A DNA stretch of 64,000 nucleotides from NCBI GenBank assembly GCA_035645595.1, contig DASQMG010000322.1:2041-66040 (forward strand), read 5' to 3'. Below the pieces are notes generated by a model. It was not told the origin of the DNA and ran no database searches. It saw only the letters and a list, made by a program, of their open reading frames with translations. The DNA comes from Flavisolibacter sp. GTDB lineage: Bacteria > Bacteroidota > Bacteroidia > Chitinophagales > Chitinophagaceae. The position numbers and the translations under genes are program-made. This document shows, piece after piece, positions 38,389 through 48,331 of the stretch (the stretch's first letter is position 1; each line of letters begins with the position of its first letter).

Positions 38389-39462
38389 ATGTCCATTCGC
38401 ACACTTAAATACTTATCGCCCTGCCTTATTTATATTGGAGCCATCACTTCATTCCTGGCGCAGGGCTTTCCTATCTGGATTCCACTGATTTATGCCTGGG
38501 CCATTATTCCTGTGTTGGAATTATTTATTAAACCTGATGCTTCAAATTTATCTGCCACCGAAGAAGAGACAGCCAAACAAAACAAGGTGTATGATTACCT
38601 GCTTTATTTAATCGTACCCCTTCAATTCTTTGCGCTTGGTTTATTTCTCCACAGTGTTACTTATGTGCAACAACCCTGGATAGATATCGCAGGCAAAACC
38701 GGCGTAATGGGTTTATTATGTGGAACCTTCGGGATTAATGTGGGGCATGAGTTAGGCCACCGTATAAATAAGAGCGAACAGTTCCTGGCAAAGCTGCTTT
38801 TGCTGTCATCCTTATATATGCACTTTTTTATAGAGCATAACAGGGGTCATCATAAACGTGTTGCCACACCCGAAGACCCAAGCAGTGCACGCTATGGCGA
38901 GACAGTATATGCCTTTTATTTCCGCTCTATTATATTAAGTTATTTAAGTGCATGGAGGATCGCCAATAACGAGACAAGAAAGAAAGGCTATCCACCCTTT
39001 TCAGTAAAGAACGAAATGATACAATTCCACCTCATTCAAATAGCATTTGTTGCCGTTATCTTTTTTGTATTTAGCCCGTTAACGGCATTGTTGTTTTTGG
39101 CAGCTGCAGTGCAAGGCATCTTACTGCTGGAAACCGTGAATTATATTGAACATTATGGCTTACAGCGAAGGCAGATAGCTGAAGATAAATATGAACGTGC
39201 CATGCCTTCTCATAGTTGGAACAGCAATCATGTGATTGGCCGTGTCATGTTGTTTGAACTGAGCCGCCACAGCGACCATCATTATTTAGCAAGCAGGAAA
39301 TACCAGTTGCTCCGGCATCACGATGATTCACCGCAAATGCCTACCGGTTACCCCGGGATGATGATTCTATCACTGTTGCCACCCGCATGGTTTTGGGTAA
39401 TGAACCCGCGCATAAAAGACTTGCAGCACGAGGCTGCCATACAATCAGTAGTTGTTAATTAA
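38389..39462 (+). CDS. alkB: Alkane 1-monooxygenase (membrane di-iron)
   Basis: His boxes HELGH, EHNRGHH, NYIEHYG, LSRHSDHH. -7 element TAGCTTTG at 38372-38379 supports ATG 38389. Confidence 0.88.
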   Translation: MSIRTLKYLSPCLIYIGAITSFLAQGFPIWIPLIYAWAIIPVLELFIKPDASNLSATEEETAKQNKVYDYLLYLIVPLQFFALGLFLHSVTYVQQPWIDIAGKTGVMGLLCGTFGINVGHELGHRINKSEQFLAKLLLLSSLYMHFFIEHNRGHHKRVATPEDPSSARYGETVYAFYFRSIILSYLSAWRIANNETRKKGYPPFSVKNEMIQFHLIQIAFVAVIFFVFSPLTALLFLAAAVQGILLLETVNYIEHYGLQRRQIAEDKYERAMPSHSWNSNHVIGRVMLFELSRHSDHHYLASRKYQLLRHHDDSPQMPTGYPGMMILSLLPPAWFWVMNPRIKDLQHEAAIQSVVVN

Positions 39463-39464
39463 GC

Positions 39465-40136
39465 TTATTTTCTTGAGGGAAGTATCCAGCGCAAGCCAAT
39501 AGACAGGCCACTGAACCCATTGGCATTAGCACTGCCATTAAATTGATTTCCTTTTAAAGTTCTTACAACGGTGCCGGAAAGATTGTATTCTTTGCGTTCG
39601 GAATTTTCATAAGAAAGGAAAAGCAAACTATTTAAAGATGCTTCTAAATGAAGTTTTTTCGTTGCGGCGAAAGAAATACCAGGCGTTAAGGCAAGATTGA
39701 CTTCAGTACGGTCATCTTTATAATTAAGAATCTTGTTAGTAGTTCTTTCTTCATCGCCCAGCTGTACTCCCAGAGAGCCTTCACCAAAAAGGAAAAAGCG
39801 GCTGCTAAGTGGGTAGTAACTGCGGTAGAAAATTCCTCCGCCATAGGATGACCCAGTGGTTTTTGAGTTATTGGTTCCTGAACTGTTTTCAGTCATGGAA
39901 CTGGTGTAGTTCAAAAATGCGCCAAAAATTTTGTTTGTTGAAATGGCCTTGCCAAACTGAGGTCTGATACCCCAACTACTTGTTTTGCTTTCATTCATTG
40001 GTGAAGAGTCATCTTCATTGGAATAGCTATTCACAGCTACCGACCCTCCCAGAAAAGTTGACCCTTTTGTGATCTGTGCATTGGAAACAAAACTAATGCA
40101 GGTAATCACAATAGTAAGCATGTAAATTTTTCTCAT
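39465..40136 (-). CDS. Outer-membrane beta-barrel protein
   Basis: Signal peptide, AQI.KG...GG N-terminus, alternating amphipathic strands. Confidence 0.75.
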   Translation of the reverse strand: MRKIYMLTIVITCISFVSNAQITKGSTFLGGSVAVNSYSNEDDSSPMNESKTSSWGIRPQFGKAISTNKIFGAFLNYTSSMTENSSGTNNSKTTGSSYGGGIFYRSYYPLSSRFFLFGEGSLGVQLGDEERTTNKILNYKDDRTEVNLALTPGISFAATKKLHLEASLNSLLFLSYENSERKEYNLSGTVVRTLKGNQFNGSANANGFSGLSIGLRWILPSRK

Positions 40137-40241
40137 AAGTAGTTTGTTTTAGGAAACGAATATGGTCATAAAAAGAAAAAGCAGAACAAAACTGCTCTGC
40201 TTTAACATCGTTTTACAGCAAGCCTGTTCTTTCAATTGCTG

Positions 40242-40865
40242 TTACAGTAGATCCTTTGTATAACGTCCATCCCTCTTTTCAAAACCCATCACTTTTAAAA
40301 ATTGTTCATGGCTTTTATTAGCTGCATTTTTATAAACAATCTGCTTTACACCTTTTGATATTAAATATGCCTTCTCCTTGTTGAAAATAAAGCGGCCTAC
40401 TTTATAATCCCGGTATTTTGGAACGGTGTAATTTAGCGTTACTTCCGCGGTTCCATCTGCTGTAAGCGAAGCAACAAAAACATTAGCAATAACAATATCC
40501 CTTAGCACAACAAACCGGATGTCGTTCTCTGCTTCCTTCAATTCAAAATCAGGGAAATAAGCCCTGATGTCCTCTTCGTAAAACGCTAAAAACTTTGCGA
40601 TTAAAGTTGCATCCGTACCAAATTCCAACAAATCAAAATCTTCCTTCTTTTTATAGATTTTTAAAAGCGTATAAAGGTTGATCAGTAACAACAGCGTGTT
40701 GGTGAGAATGATAGGAAACGCGTTGATCAATATCCCATAAATAATAAAGGCAATACAACCACCGGTGTTCAGCCATCTGAATTTTAAATCATTATTCACC
40801 AGTAAAGAGATACCTAATAAAACGGATGCTAAATAGCCGAAACCTTGTATGAGGAGGGAAGACAT
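40242..40865 (-). CDS. YgjV-like membrane protein with soluble C-terminal domain
   Basis: GYLAS...SL...KFRWLN..G..FIIYG; C-terminal Y..P.YRDYKVG..H..FL..MGF. Confidence 0.65.
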   Translation of the reverse strand: MSSLLIQGFGYLASVLLGISLLVNNDLKFRWLNTGGCIAFIIYGILINAFPIILTNTLLLLINLYTLLKIYKKKEDFDLLEFGTDATLIAKFLAFYEEDIRAYFPDFELKEAENDIRFVVLRDIVIANVFVASLTADGTAEVTLNYTVPKYRDYKVGRFIFNKEKAYLISKGVKQIVYKNAANKSHEQFLKVMGFEKRDGRYTKDLL

Positions 40866-41007
40866 AGGTAAAGATGACAGATGGGTAATAACAATAAAGT
40901 CGAGAGTGGCAAGCGAAACAGGAAAAGTATGACGTCAACCGTGAGACGGGAGGGAACTGCAGTTCGAAAGTTTCTGAATTTCACGCCTAACGTTTCACTT
41001 CTCTCAT

Positions 41008-42276
41008 TCAAATCATTTCGCTTCCAAAATAAGCTTGCAAAGCCAATGGCAGGTTAATACCATTTTCGTCCTGGTTATTTTCAAGCAGGCAGGCAAGTAT
41101 GCGTGGCAGTGCTAGTGAACTTCCGTTTAATGAATGAACGGCTTGCATTTTGCCTCCTTCATCTTTAAACCGGATCTTCATTCTGTTGGTTTGAAACGCT
41201 TCAAAGTTAGATACAGAGCTAACTTCCAGCCAACGTTCCTGTGCCGCACTCCATACTTCAAAATCGTATGTTAGCGCCGATGTAAAGCTCATGTCACCAC
41301 CGCACAAACGAAGGATACGGTAAGGCAGGCTTAACGATTGCAACAGCTTTTCTATATGGTCCACCATTTCTTCCAACACCTCGTAGCTGTTGACAGGATG
41401 CACCAATTGCACCAATTCCACTTTATCAAACTGATGTAAGCGGTTTAACCCGCGAACATCTTTTCCATAGCTGCCGGCTTCCCTTCTAAAGCAGGGTGTA
41501 TAACCCGTCATCTTAATAGGTAGCTCCGCCTCTTTTACAATCACGTCGCGGTAGATATTTGTCAATGGCACTTCGGCAGTTGGGATCAGATAAAAGTTAT
41601 CTTCTGTGGCATGATACATCTGCCCTTCTTTATCGGGCAATTGGCCCGTGCCATACGCCGATGCTTCATTCACCATAAGCGGCGGTTGGTATTCGGTATA
41701 CCCTGCACCCGTATTATAATCTAAAAAATATTGTATCAGGGCCCTTTGCAGCTTTGCGCCTTTGCCTTTGTAAACGGGGAAGCCGGTACCGGTTATTTTG
41801 TTGCCTAACTCAAAATCTATAAGGTCGAATTTTTTAGCCAGTTCCCAATGCGGTGCAGCGCCGGCATACAGTTGCGGCTTGCTGCCACCGGTACGTACTA
41901 CTTCATTATCCTCCGGCGTTTTACCTTTTGGCACTTTTACAGAAGGCAGGTTTGGCAGCTGCACTAATAAACTATTCAATTCCCTTTCTGCTTTTTCCAA
42001 TGCTTCACTAATTGGTGCCAGGGTATTTTTCAAGCTTTCTATATCCTTTTTCTTAGCCTCAACCTCCCCTTTTTCGCCCTTTGCCATCAGGCCACCAATC
42101 TCTTTTGATGTAGCATTGATCTTTGCTTTTGTTTCATCAAACTGAAAGGTCATTTTTTTCCTTTCATCATCCAGTGCAATGATATCATCAACAAGATGGG
42201 ATTCTTTAAAATTCTTTATAGCTAAGCGCTCTTTTACTTCCCCGGGATTGCTTCGTAAAACGGCCAACTGTAGCAT
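41008..42276 (-). CDS. serS: Serine--tRNA ligase
   Basis: GTGQLP, LIPTAEVP, FRREAGSYG, HQFDKVE, EVSSVSN, LNGS. TATATTTG at 42298-42305 on the minus strand. Confidence 0.97.
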   Translation of the reverse strand: MLQLAVLRSNPGEVKERLAIKNFKESHLVDDIIALDDERKKMTFQFDETKAKINATSKEIGGLMAKGEKGEVEAKKKDIESLKNTLAPISEALEKAERELNSLLVQLPNLPSVKVPKGKTPEDNEVVRTGGSKPQLYAGAAPHWELAKKFDLIDFELGNKITGTGFPVYKGKGAKLQRALIQYFLDYNTGAGYTEYQPPLMVNEASAYGTGQLPDKEGQMYHATEDNFYLIPTAEVPLTNIYRDVIVKEAELPIKMTGYTPCFRREAGSYGKDVRGLNRLHQFDKVELVQLVHPVNSYEVLEEMVDHIEKLLQSLSLPYRILRLCGGDMSFTSALTYDFEVWSAAQERWLEVSSVSNFEAFQTNRMKIRFKDEGGKMQAVHSLNGSSLALPRILACLLENNQDENGINLPLALQAYFGSEMI

Positions 42277-42551
42277 GGGCGTATTTTTTTGTGGTGGCAA
42301 ATATAGCAGTTTGGGGTTTGCAGTTTTGGGTTTAGCATTAGCCTGCCAAAAGATAAAACCAGTGATTTCACCGGCTCTCTTTTTTTCTTGAGCGGAGGTT
42401 TGATGTAGTGCAGCTGAGGCGGGGTACGTAAATCTACCTTCCCGCCTGCGTATTGTTGCTTAAACCGTATAAGCTTTTCAGTAAATACCATACGCATAAA
42501 CTAGGTCAAAACTGCTCTTGTCTGACGGGGGGGTACACCTTAGTTTTGTAG

Positions 42552-42662
42552 TAGAAGTTGGTTGATTCCATATCAATCCATCCAGTATCCAAAAGCCGTC
42601 CAGTAAATCATTAGTCCAAATCCTGAGAAAGACAAAGCCGTATCAGTCAACTTCTATTTTTT
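42552..42662 (+). ncRNA. Candidate structured ncRNA or leader RNA
   Basis: 15-bp stem (TAGAAGTTGGTTGAT / ATCAGTCAACTTCTA, two G-U pairs) encloses a TCC-rich loop and is followed by T6. Confidence 0.35.
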
Positions 42663-42770
42663 ATCCTATTGAAAACCTAACATCAATCCGTACCAACTGA
42701 AAAGCAGAAATGTTTTCCGTATCCTGAAGACCGTGAACAAAACTGAATTAGTGACCCTTAATGTTGGTTT

Positions 42771-43217
42771 ATGCGTACTACTGAAAAACACAAAGCAAAG
42801 CGGATTTTGCTTGTTGATGATGATATTGATTTATTAATGCTGCTGGAGCGAAAACTGCAAAAAACCGGTTATATTATTGAATCGGCCGCCTCTATGCCTG
42901 AAGCAGAATATGTACTTTCCCTTTTTAAGCCCGATGTGGTTTTACTGGATATTAATGTGGCCGGAGATGATGGCCGGCAGCTTTCGTGGAAAATAAAAAA
43001 TACCGGCGACAACAGGGATGCAAAAGTAATCCTCATGTCGGGATACAATTATACCATTAACAAGCAGCTGTTATTTGGCGCCGATGATTTTTGTGCCAAG
43101 CCTTTTCAATCCGAATACCTGATGCAGAAAATAGAAAGCCTGCTTACAGATGCGCCTTCTGTGGAAGACTGTATGGTACAAAGGGTAGAAGAGCAGATAC
43201 GTAAACTAACCGCCTGA
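42771..43217 (+). CDS. Single-domain response regulator (CheY-like)
   Basis: ILLVDDD, VLLDINV, ILMSG, ADDFCAKPF. Confidence 0.9.
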   Translation: MRTTEKHKAKRILLVDDDIDLLMLLERKLQKTGYIIESAASMPEAEYVLSLFKPDVVLLDINVAGDDGRQLSWKIKNTGDNRDAKVILMSGYNYTINKQLLFGADDFCAKPFQSEYLMQKIESLLTDAPSVEDCMVQRVEEQIRKLTA

Positions 43218-43352
43218 TGCCTGGATAAGGCAACTCCCTTTAAATTATTTTATAAATAATAGAACCCTCGAATGAGGGTTTTATCATTTATGCGGGTAAC
43301 CGTATGAGCTATTTTCAAACAATAGCACGTCTTTCAGATGTTATGCTATTGG

Positions 43353-45203
43353 CTATCTGAAAATAATCTGCTCTCTTGTTTTTGTATCGCCATAGCTTAC
43401 CTCCAGTATATAATGCGTTTCTCTTGAGAAGGAATTAGGTACTCTAAAATTGAGCGTTGATTGTACTCCCCTAAAGCGATTGTAATAATGCTTTGCGCCT
43501 ATCAGGTCATATATGGTTACATCCACCGGGACGCTTACCGGCTCAAAAAATTCAATGTGAATAGTGTTATTCTGAACCGGGTTTGGATATACCCGTATTA
43601 ACTGCTGCTTATCCGATGCCCGAAGCATAACAGTGTTTGAATAGTCCACTTTGCCTTGCTGGTCCTGCGCAGCTATGCGGTAATACATTTTTGAGGCTGA
43701 TGTAACATGCGTATAAGAATAATTTTCCCGCTGTGGGGCACTGGTAGCAGTTATGCGGCGTACCTCGGAAAAGCGGCTGCCATCAGTAGAAAACTCCAGC
43801 GCATACCACTTATACTTTTGGTTTTGCTCTGCTTTACAGCTTAGCCGGCTTTGCCCTCCAAAGTATTGTCCTGTAAGCGATACGCCGTCTAATGGTAATG
43901 TAGGACTGTCAAATATGGGCAGTTTAGTAAACGAGCTTCCCAGTACAGTTTGCGATTCGGCGGGAGTTAAGCAAAGCCAGTCCTGCATAACCGTTGCATA
44001 TAGTTGCCTGAAATCGTATTGCATAGGCACCTGGGTGCTAACTGTAATGGTGGCGGGCAATACCGGTGAGGTACCTAAAATACCACCCTGTACTGCCGCA
44101 CCAAAGAACAAAACGGGTGCTGCAGTGCCATGGTCGGTACCAATGGAGTCATTGCTTTTCACTCGCCGGCCAAACTCGCTAAAGGTCATGCCGGTAACCT
44201 TGGCTCCTTTACCCATGAGGTCAATATCGTTTTGGAAAGCACCAATGGCTTTTGATAAGATACCTAAGTTATTGGCCTGCGTACCCGAAATACGGTCGGC
44301 AGCTACCTGGTTCTCATGCGAATCATGCGAGTTAGGATGGTTTACAATATATATCGGGGTGGTTAATCCGCCGCCAATAAGCCGGGCTACTATTTTTAAC
44401 TGGTCGGCCAGCTTGTTTGTGTTCACGGCAGGGTATTGCGAGGAAAGAGTAAGTTGTGCGTTATAAGCGTTCTGGATCTTCGCCCGGTATATATTGCTTT
44501 GGTCTTTCATTAACCGCAAATACGTAAGCTCACGGCCATAATCATTGTTGGGAGCCGGGTCGGTAGTTTCACCAATTATTTGTACTAATGATGCGGGATC
44601 CGAAACATTATAACCCATATTGATCGAAGGCCCCTGTAAGGAAAACGGGAGCGTAGAACCAATTTGAACTGCCAGCGGGTGTTCCATTACCCCGTTGTTT
44701 AAAGGATAGTTTTGAGGGTAGTTAGGGTAAGTAATATCCAACTCCCTTCCCAGCCAACCGGTGTCCAGGTATTCGTTAGAACCTGAGCCGGAGAACCAAA
44801 TATCAGTAGCTCTAAAATGACTGAAGCTGGGGTTAGGATACGATACTCCCTGCACGATGGTCATATTACCAGTATCGTATAAATTTTTTAACTCTGTCAT
44901 AGCCGGGTGCATACCGGTAGCTGTGCTGCCATTTAGCGGAAGAATATTTGCCTGGGGCACTATCACATTGCCGCGGGCTGCATTCAATTCTGCATACTTA
45001 TCAATGGGGATGATCATGTTCAATCCATCGTTACCGCCGTTTTGCTGAATAATGACCAACACCTTACCGCAGTTTATCAGGCTCTGGCCCATCATATCAA
45101 TCATTACATTGCCGGTTGATTCAGACGCAAAAAGCGGAAGGCCATTGAGGAGCAGCGGGGCACTGGCAGCGGTGGTTGTTTTTATAAAATCGCGGCGTTT
45201 CAT
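43353..45203 (-). CDS. DUF1501 protein with Tat signal and C-terminal T9SS sorting domain
   Basis: MKRRDFIK, GGNDGLN, SHFRATDIW, DSHENQ, FSEFGRR, GTDHG, DFRQLY; C-terminal VYPNP..YILEV..REQIIFR. Confidence 0.88.
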   Translation of the reverse strand: MKRRDFIKTTTAASAPLLLNGLPLFASESTGNVMIDMMGQSLINCGKVLVIIQQNGGNDGLNMIIPIDKYAELNAARGNVIVPQANILPLNGSTATGMHPAMTELKNLYDTGNMTIVQGVSYPNPSFSHFRATDIWFSGSGSNEYLDTGWLGRELDITYPNYPQNYPLNNGVMEHPLAVQIGSTLPFSLQGPSINMGYNVSDPASLVQIIGETTDPAPNNDYGRELTYLRLMKDQSNIYRAKIQNAYNAQLTLSSQYPAVNTNKLADQLKIVARLIGGGLTTPIYIVNHPNSHDSHENQVAADRISGTQANNLGILSKAIGAFQNDIDLMGKGAKVTGMTFSEFGRRVKSNDSIGTDHGTAAPVLFFGAAVQGGILGTSPVLPATITVSTQVPMQYDFRQLYATVMQDWLCLTPAESQTVLGSSFTKLPIFDSPTLPLDGVSLTGQYFGGQSRLSCKAEQNQKYKWYALEFSTDGSRFSEVRRITATSAPQRENYSYTHVTSASKMYYRIAAQDQQGKVDYSNTVMLRASDKQQLIRVYPNPVQNNTIHIEFFEPVSVPVDVTIYDLIGAKHYYNRFRGVQSTLNFRVPNSFSRETHYILEVSYGDTKTREQIIFR

Positions 45204-45326
45204 GCATTGTGTTTTAGTGGTGTGGGAAGAAGTTACTGGTGACACGGAAAAGTGAAACAGGATACATAAGCGAACTATACCTTAAATGTTTGATGGTTTC
45301 ACCCTAATGGTAAACATCTCACGTCG

Positions 45327-47207
45327 TTACATCAACTGGTATTCGGCTAACTGTGTTATTTCAGAAATAAGGCGTTTCAAGGCATCTTCAACGGTTTTAC
45401 GTTTGGTGGCGTCCGTTGGTGCAGCGATATATGCGTTCCAGGCTGTAGTCCAGTACCCATCGGTTGTTTGATTGTATAAAAGCGTTCTTCCTTTTATGAG
45501 GTCTTTTTGCGCCTGGCTTAAATCCACAGGTAACAAAAATTTTATACATACAGCGGTTAAGGCATTTGGATCAGCGGCAATCGTATTACCAAACTGCTGC
45601 GCAAAAGCTATTGTATCAATACCAAACCTGCGTAACGTGGTGCCGGAACTGGTGATAGGACTGATGGTATGTGTATTTACCATATCGCGAACATAGGCAA
45701 AGCGCTTCTGCGCAGAATTAGAATTGATCCAGTACTGATGATAAGCAGGAGTTTGATAGTAAGCATTCCATCCCGAAACATTGGGGATGCTCCCCATCTG
45801 CTGTTCCATGCCGGCGCTGTAGGTATCATTATACCGGCTCCAGATGCGGTATTGCCATTCAATATTCGCATCGGCAGTATTCACGTTAAAACAATTTAAG
45901 GTGCCTGCCACCAGGTCGAACGGTGATTTTATATAAACCCCTTTATTGGCGGCGTCAAAAAAATGCTCGCTTTTAAACAGTTGCTCCAGCACAGGTTTTA
46001 TGTTCCAGTTATTAGCAACGAATGTTTGCGCCAGGGGCACAATCACATTGGTTTCTATGTTGGCATCAATATCATAATATACAAAATAGCGGTATAGCCT
46101 GCGGCAGATGTATTGGCTTACTTCCACCTGCTTTGAAAAGATCATGTTGATGAGCGCATCCAGCTCATTAGCCCCGGCAGCTCCCGTTTGACCTGTGATA
46201 ACAGTATTATTAAAGAAAGCGGAAAATGTTTTGTTGCCCTGCCTGTGCAAATTCGATTCAAAATTGGTAACCATGTTGGCCGTATTCAGGTTCCTGACCC
46301 GCCAGCCGGTTACGACTTTAGCCGCTTCTACCACATCATTTTGCGTATAGCTATTATCTGGGTCATCCTTTCCCAGGGTAAAAAGCTCCATTAGCTCACG
46401 GGCAAAATTTTCATCTGGGGCGGTAGCGCTGTTTTGCTGGTTATTCAGGTAATACATCATCGCCGGCTCGGTAGATACCGCACGGATCAGTGTTTTAAAA
46501 TTACCCAGCGCACTGTCCCGAAACAGTTTTAAATAACGATAAAAAACCCTTGCACTGTTAGTATTGATGTATTGATTGGCTGATTGGAAAATGGTTTCAA
46601 AATCAATTGGCATTAAGTGGTACCAGAACCAAACCATTTTTTCGCGGATGGTGGCGTCACCATTCAGCACAAGGCCAAATGACCAGCGGCGCAACGCATC
46701 CATGCGGTAGTGATTGGAAGTTTGCCCTGCAGGACTTGTTGGGAAAAAACTAGTTGTCCAATCAGCGCCTAAAGCCAACCCATTTTCATCGGCAGAGGTA
46801 GCATTTACATTTTGATACCAATTTACCGGTGGCGCCGGTGGCGTAGTATTAATATTGAGAACAGCATCTACCGCTGCGGAGGGTGTTAGCGTTAATAAGG
46901 AATCTACCCAGGGTTTCTTCCAGCCATAATTGGTGCGGCGTAAAAGGTGCAGCACCTCCCACTCTGTCCATGGACCGGTGTAAGGAGTAAGGCCACTGGT
47001 AATATTACCAATGCGCACAACAGGGTCGGTATCCTCGGTACCAATTTTATGCTGAACTATTTCAGGACTATAATGCCGCGGCGTTAGCTTTTTACGGCTG
47101 TATTTTTTAAAAAGCGGATCATTAGTATCGCCATCAGGAGCATCTGTAACAGGGGAAGTAGTAAACGCACGTAAGAAACTCCTTCTTGTAGATTTTTTGT
47201 CTCCCAT
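45327..47207 (-). CDS. DUF1800 domain protein
   Basis: STRRSFL, HLLRR, REKMVWFW, PAMMYYLNN, PDENFARELMELFTLG, TGW, IKSPFD, PNVSGW. Confidence 0.9.
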   Translation of the reverse strand: MGDKKSTRRSFLRAFTTSPVTDAPDGDTNDPLFKKYSRKKLTPRHYSPEIVQHKIGTEDTDPVVRIGNITSGLTPYTGPWTEWEVLHLLRRTNYGWKKPWVDSLLTLTPSAAVDAVLNINTTPPAPPVNWYQNVNATSADENGLALGADWTTSFFPTSPAGQTSNHYRMDALRRWSFGLVLNGDATIREKMVWFWYHLMPIDFETIFQSANQYINTNSARVFYRYLKLFRDSALGNFKTLIRAVSTEPAMMYYLNNQQNSATAPDENFARELMELFTLGKDDPDNSYTQNDVVEAAKVVTGWRVRNLNTANMVTNFESNLHRQGNKTFSAFFNNTVITGQTGAAGANELDALINMIFSKQVEVSQYICRRLYRYFVYYDIDANIETNVIVPLAQTFVANNWNIKPVLEQLFKSEHFFDAANKGVYIKSPFDLVAGTLNCFNVNTADANIEWQYRIWSRYNDTYSAGMEQQMGSIPNVSGWNAYYQTPAYHQYWINSNSAQKRFAYVRDMVNTHTISPITSSGTTLRRFGIDTIAFAQQFGNTIAADPNALTAVCIKFLLPVDLSQAQKDLIKGRTLLYNQTTDGYWTTAWNAYIAAPTDATKRKTVEDALKRLISEITQLAEYQLM

Positions 47208-47404
47208 AAGTAACCTGATTTTAAATTGAAAGTGAATGTAAGGGGATAGAAGAAATTTACAATAAATGTGCAACAAGCGGGTTTATCCATATGTTTTCGG
47301 TGAAATGCGTAATTCTTTGGGCAAAATCGCGCCGCCGCCATTAACCAGCACCGTACTTTTTAAAGAGCACCTGTCTTATAAAGCTTTTTTGGTATAGTTT
47401 GCCC

Positions 47405-47610
47405 AACAGTGGGCCCATGGGCTTTTCCACCAGCGAAAGTGTGACGCTTTCAACTACCTGAGCAATGCAGGGGATACCTTTCAATGGCATAACAATATAG
47501 ATATACCTGGTGCAACCAACGCAAACTATGTAGCTGCAATTACCGGCCACTATATGGTTATTGTTACTATATAGGCAGCGCATCGCAGCGTCACAGTAGT
47601 TTTAAAGTAA
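47405..47610 (+). pseudogene. Remnant of one Ig-like repeat from a large surface protein
   Basis: GPMGFSTSESVTLSTT* and, in another frame, DTFQWHNNIDIPGATNANYVAAITGHYMVIVTI*. Confidence 0.55.
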
Positions 47611-47875
47611 CTGCCACGTATAAAAGGGCCTTAAATAGTAGAAACAGTTCTGCTAATGCAGTAAGGTGCCTGCAGACGCTTTAAACTGTTTTGTTGAGGA
47701 GCGTCCTTTTCAAAAATAACAGGCCCCGTGCTATAAACGCAGAAAAGCCATGACTGGCTTTTTGCTTGGAAAAGGTGGAAGTATAAAATCAATTGAAAAC
47801 TGTATCAGTACGCACAGAGCCAGGTAGCAAAAGCTACAACTGGCAGTATGAAATAACCTATAAAAGAGATAGGTG

Positions 47876-48331
47876 TTAAACCGCTTTTTTTACGTTAAAG
47901 GCGTTAAGGCCTTTTGGTCCCTGTTCCACTTCAAAGCTTACTTTGTTGTTCTCTTTGATAGGCTCCGTTAACTGGTTGGCATGAATAAAAACGCTTTCAC
48001 CGGTTTGAAGGTCTTTGATAAAACCAAAGCCCTTTGCCTCGTTAAAGAAGCTAACTACACCCGTGCGTACAGGGTTATCATCTTCGCCGGCTACATATTT
48101 GGGAACCCCTATCTGCATGTCCTCTGCATTAAAGGTTTTCATTTTTTTGGGATCGGGCGGGGTAGATGAAATGTTGCCATTTTCATCGATATAAGCCATC
48201 ATGTCGTCAAGCGATTTGCCTTTTTTTGCACCCGCTTTACGCTCTTCCATTTTCTCAGCCTTCTCTTGCTTGTCTTTTGCCCGTTTTTTTTCTTTTTCTT
48301 TTTTTCCGAAAGTTTCTCCTGATCTGGCCAT
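47876..48331 (-). CDS. Cold-shock domain protein with K/E-rich N-terminal extension
   Basis: GVVSFFNEAKGFGFI..VFIH..GPKGLNAFNV. Confidence 0.92.
   Translation of the reverse strand: MARSGETFGKKEKEKKRAKDKQEKAEKMEERKAGAKKGKSLDDMMAYIDENGNISSTPPDPKKMKTFNAEDMQIGVPKYVAGEDDNPVRTGVVSFFNEAKGFGFIKDLQTGESVFIHANQLTEPIKENNKVSFEVEQGPKGLNAFNVKKAV

Noticed and set aside
43753-44466. 237-aa + strand ORF and similar short overlapping ORFs across the window
   Set aside because: Antisense to well-supported genes, with no recognisable motifs.
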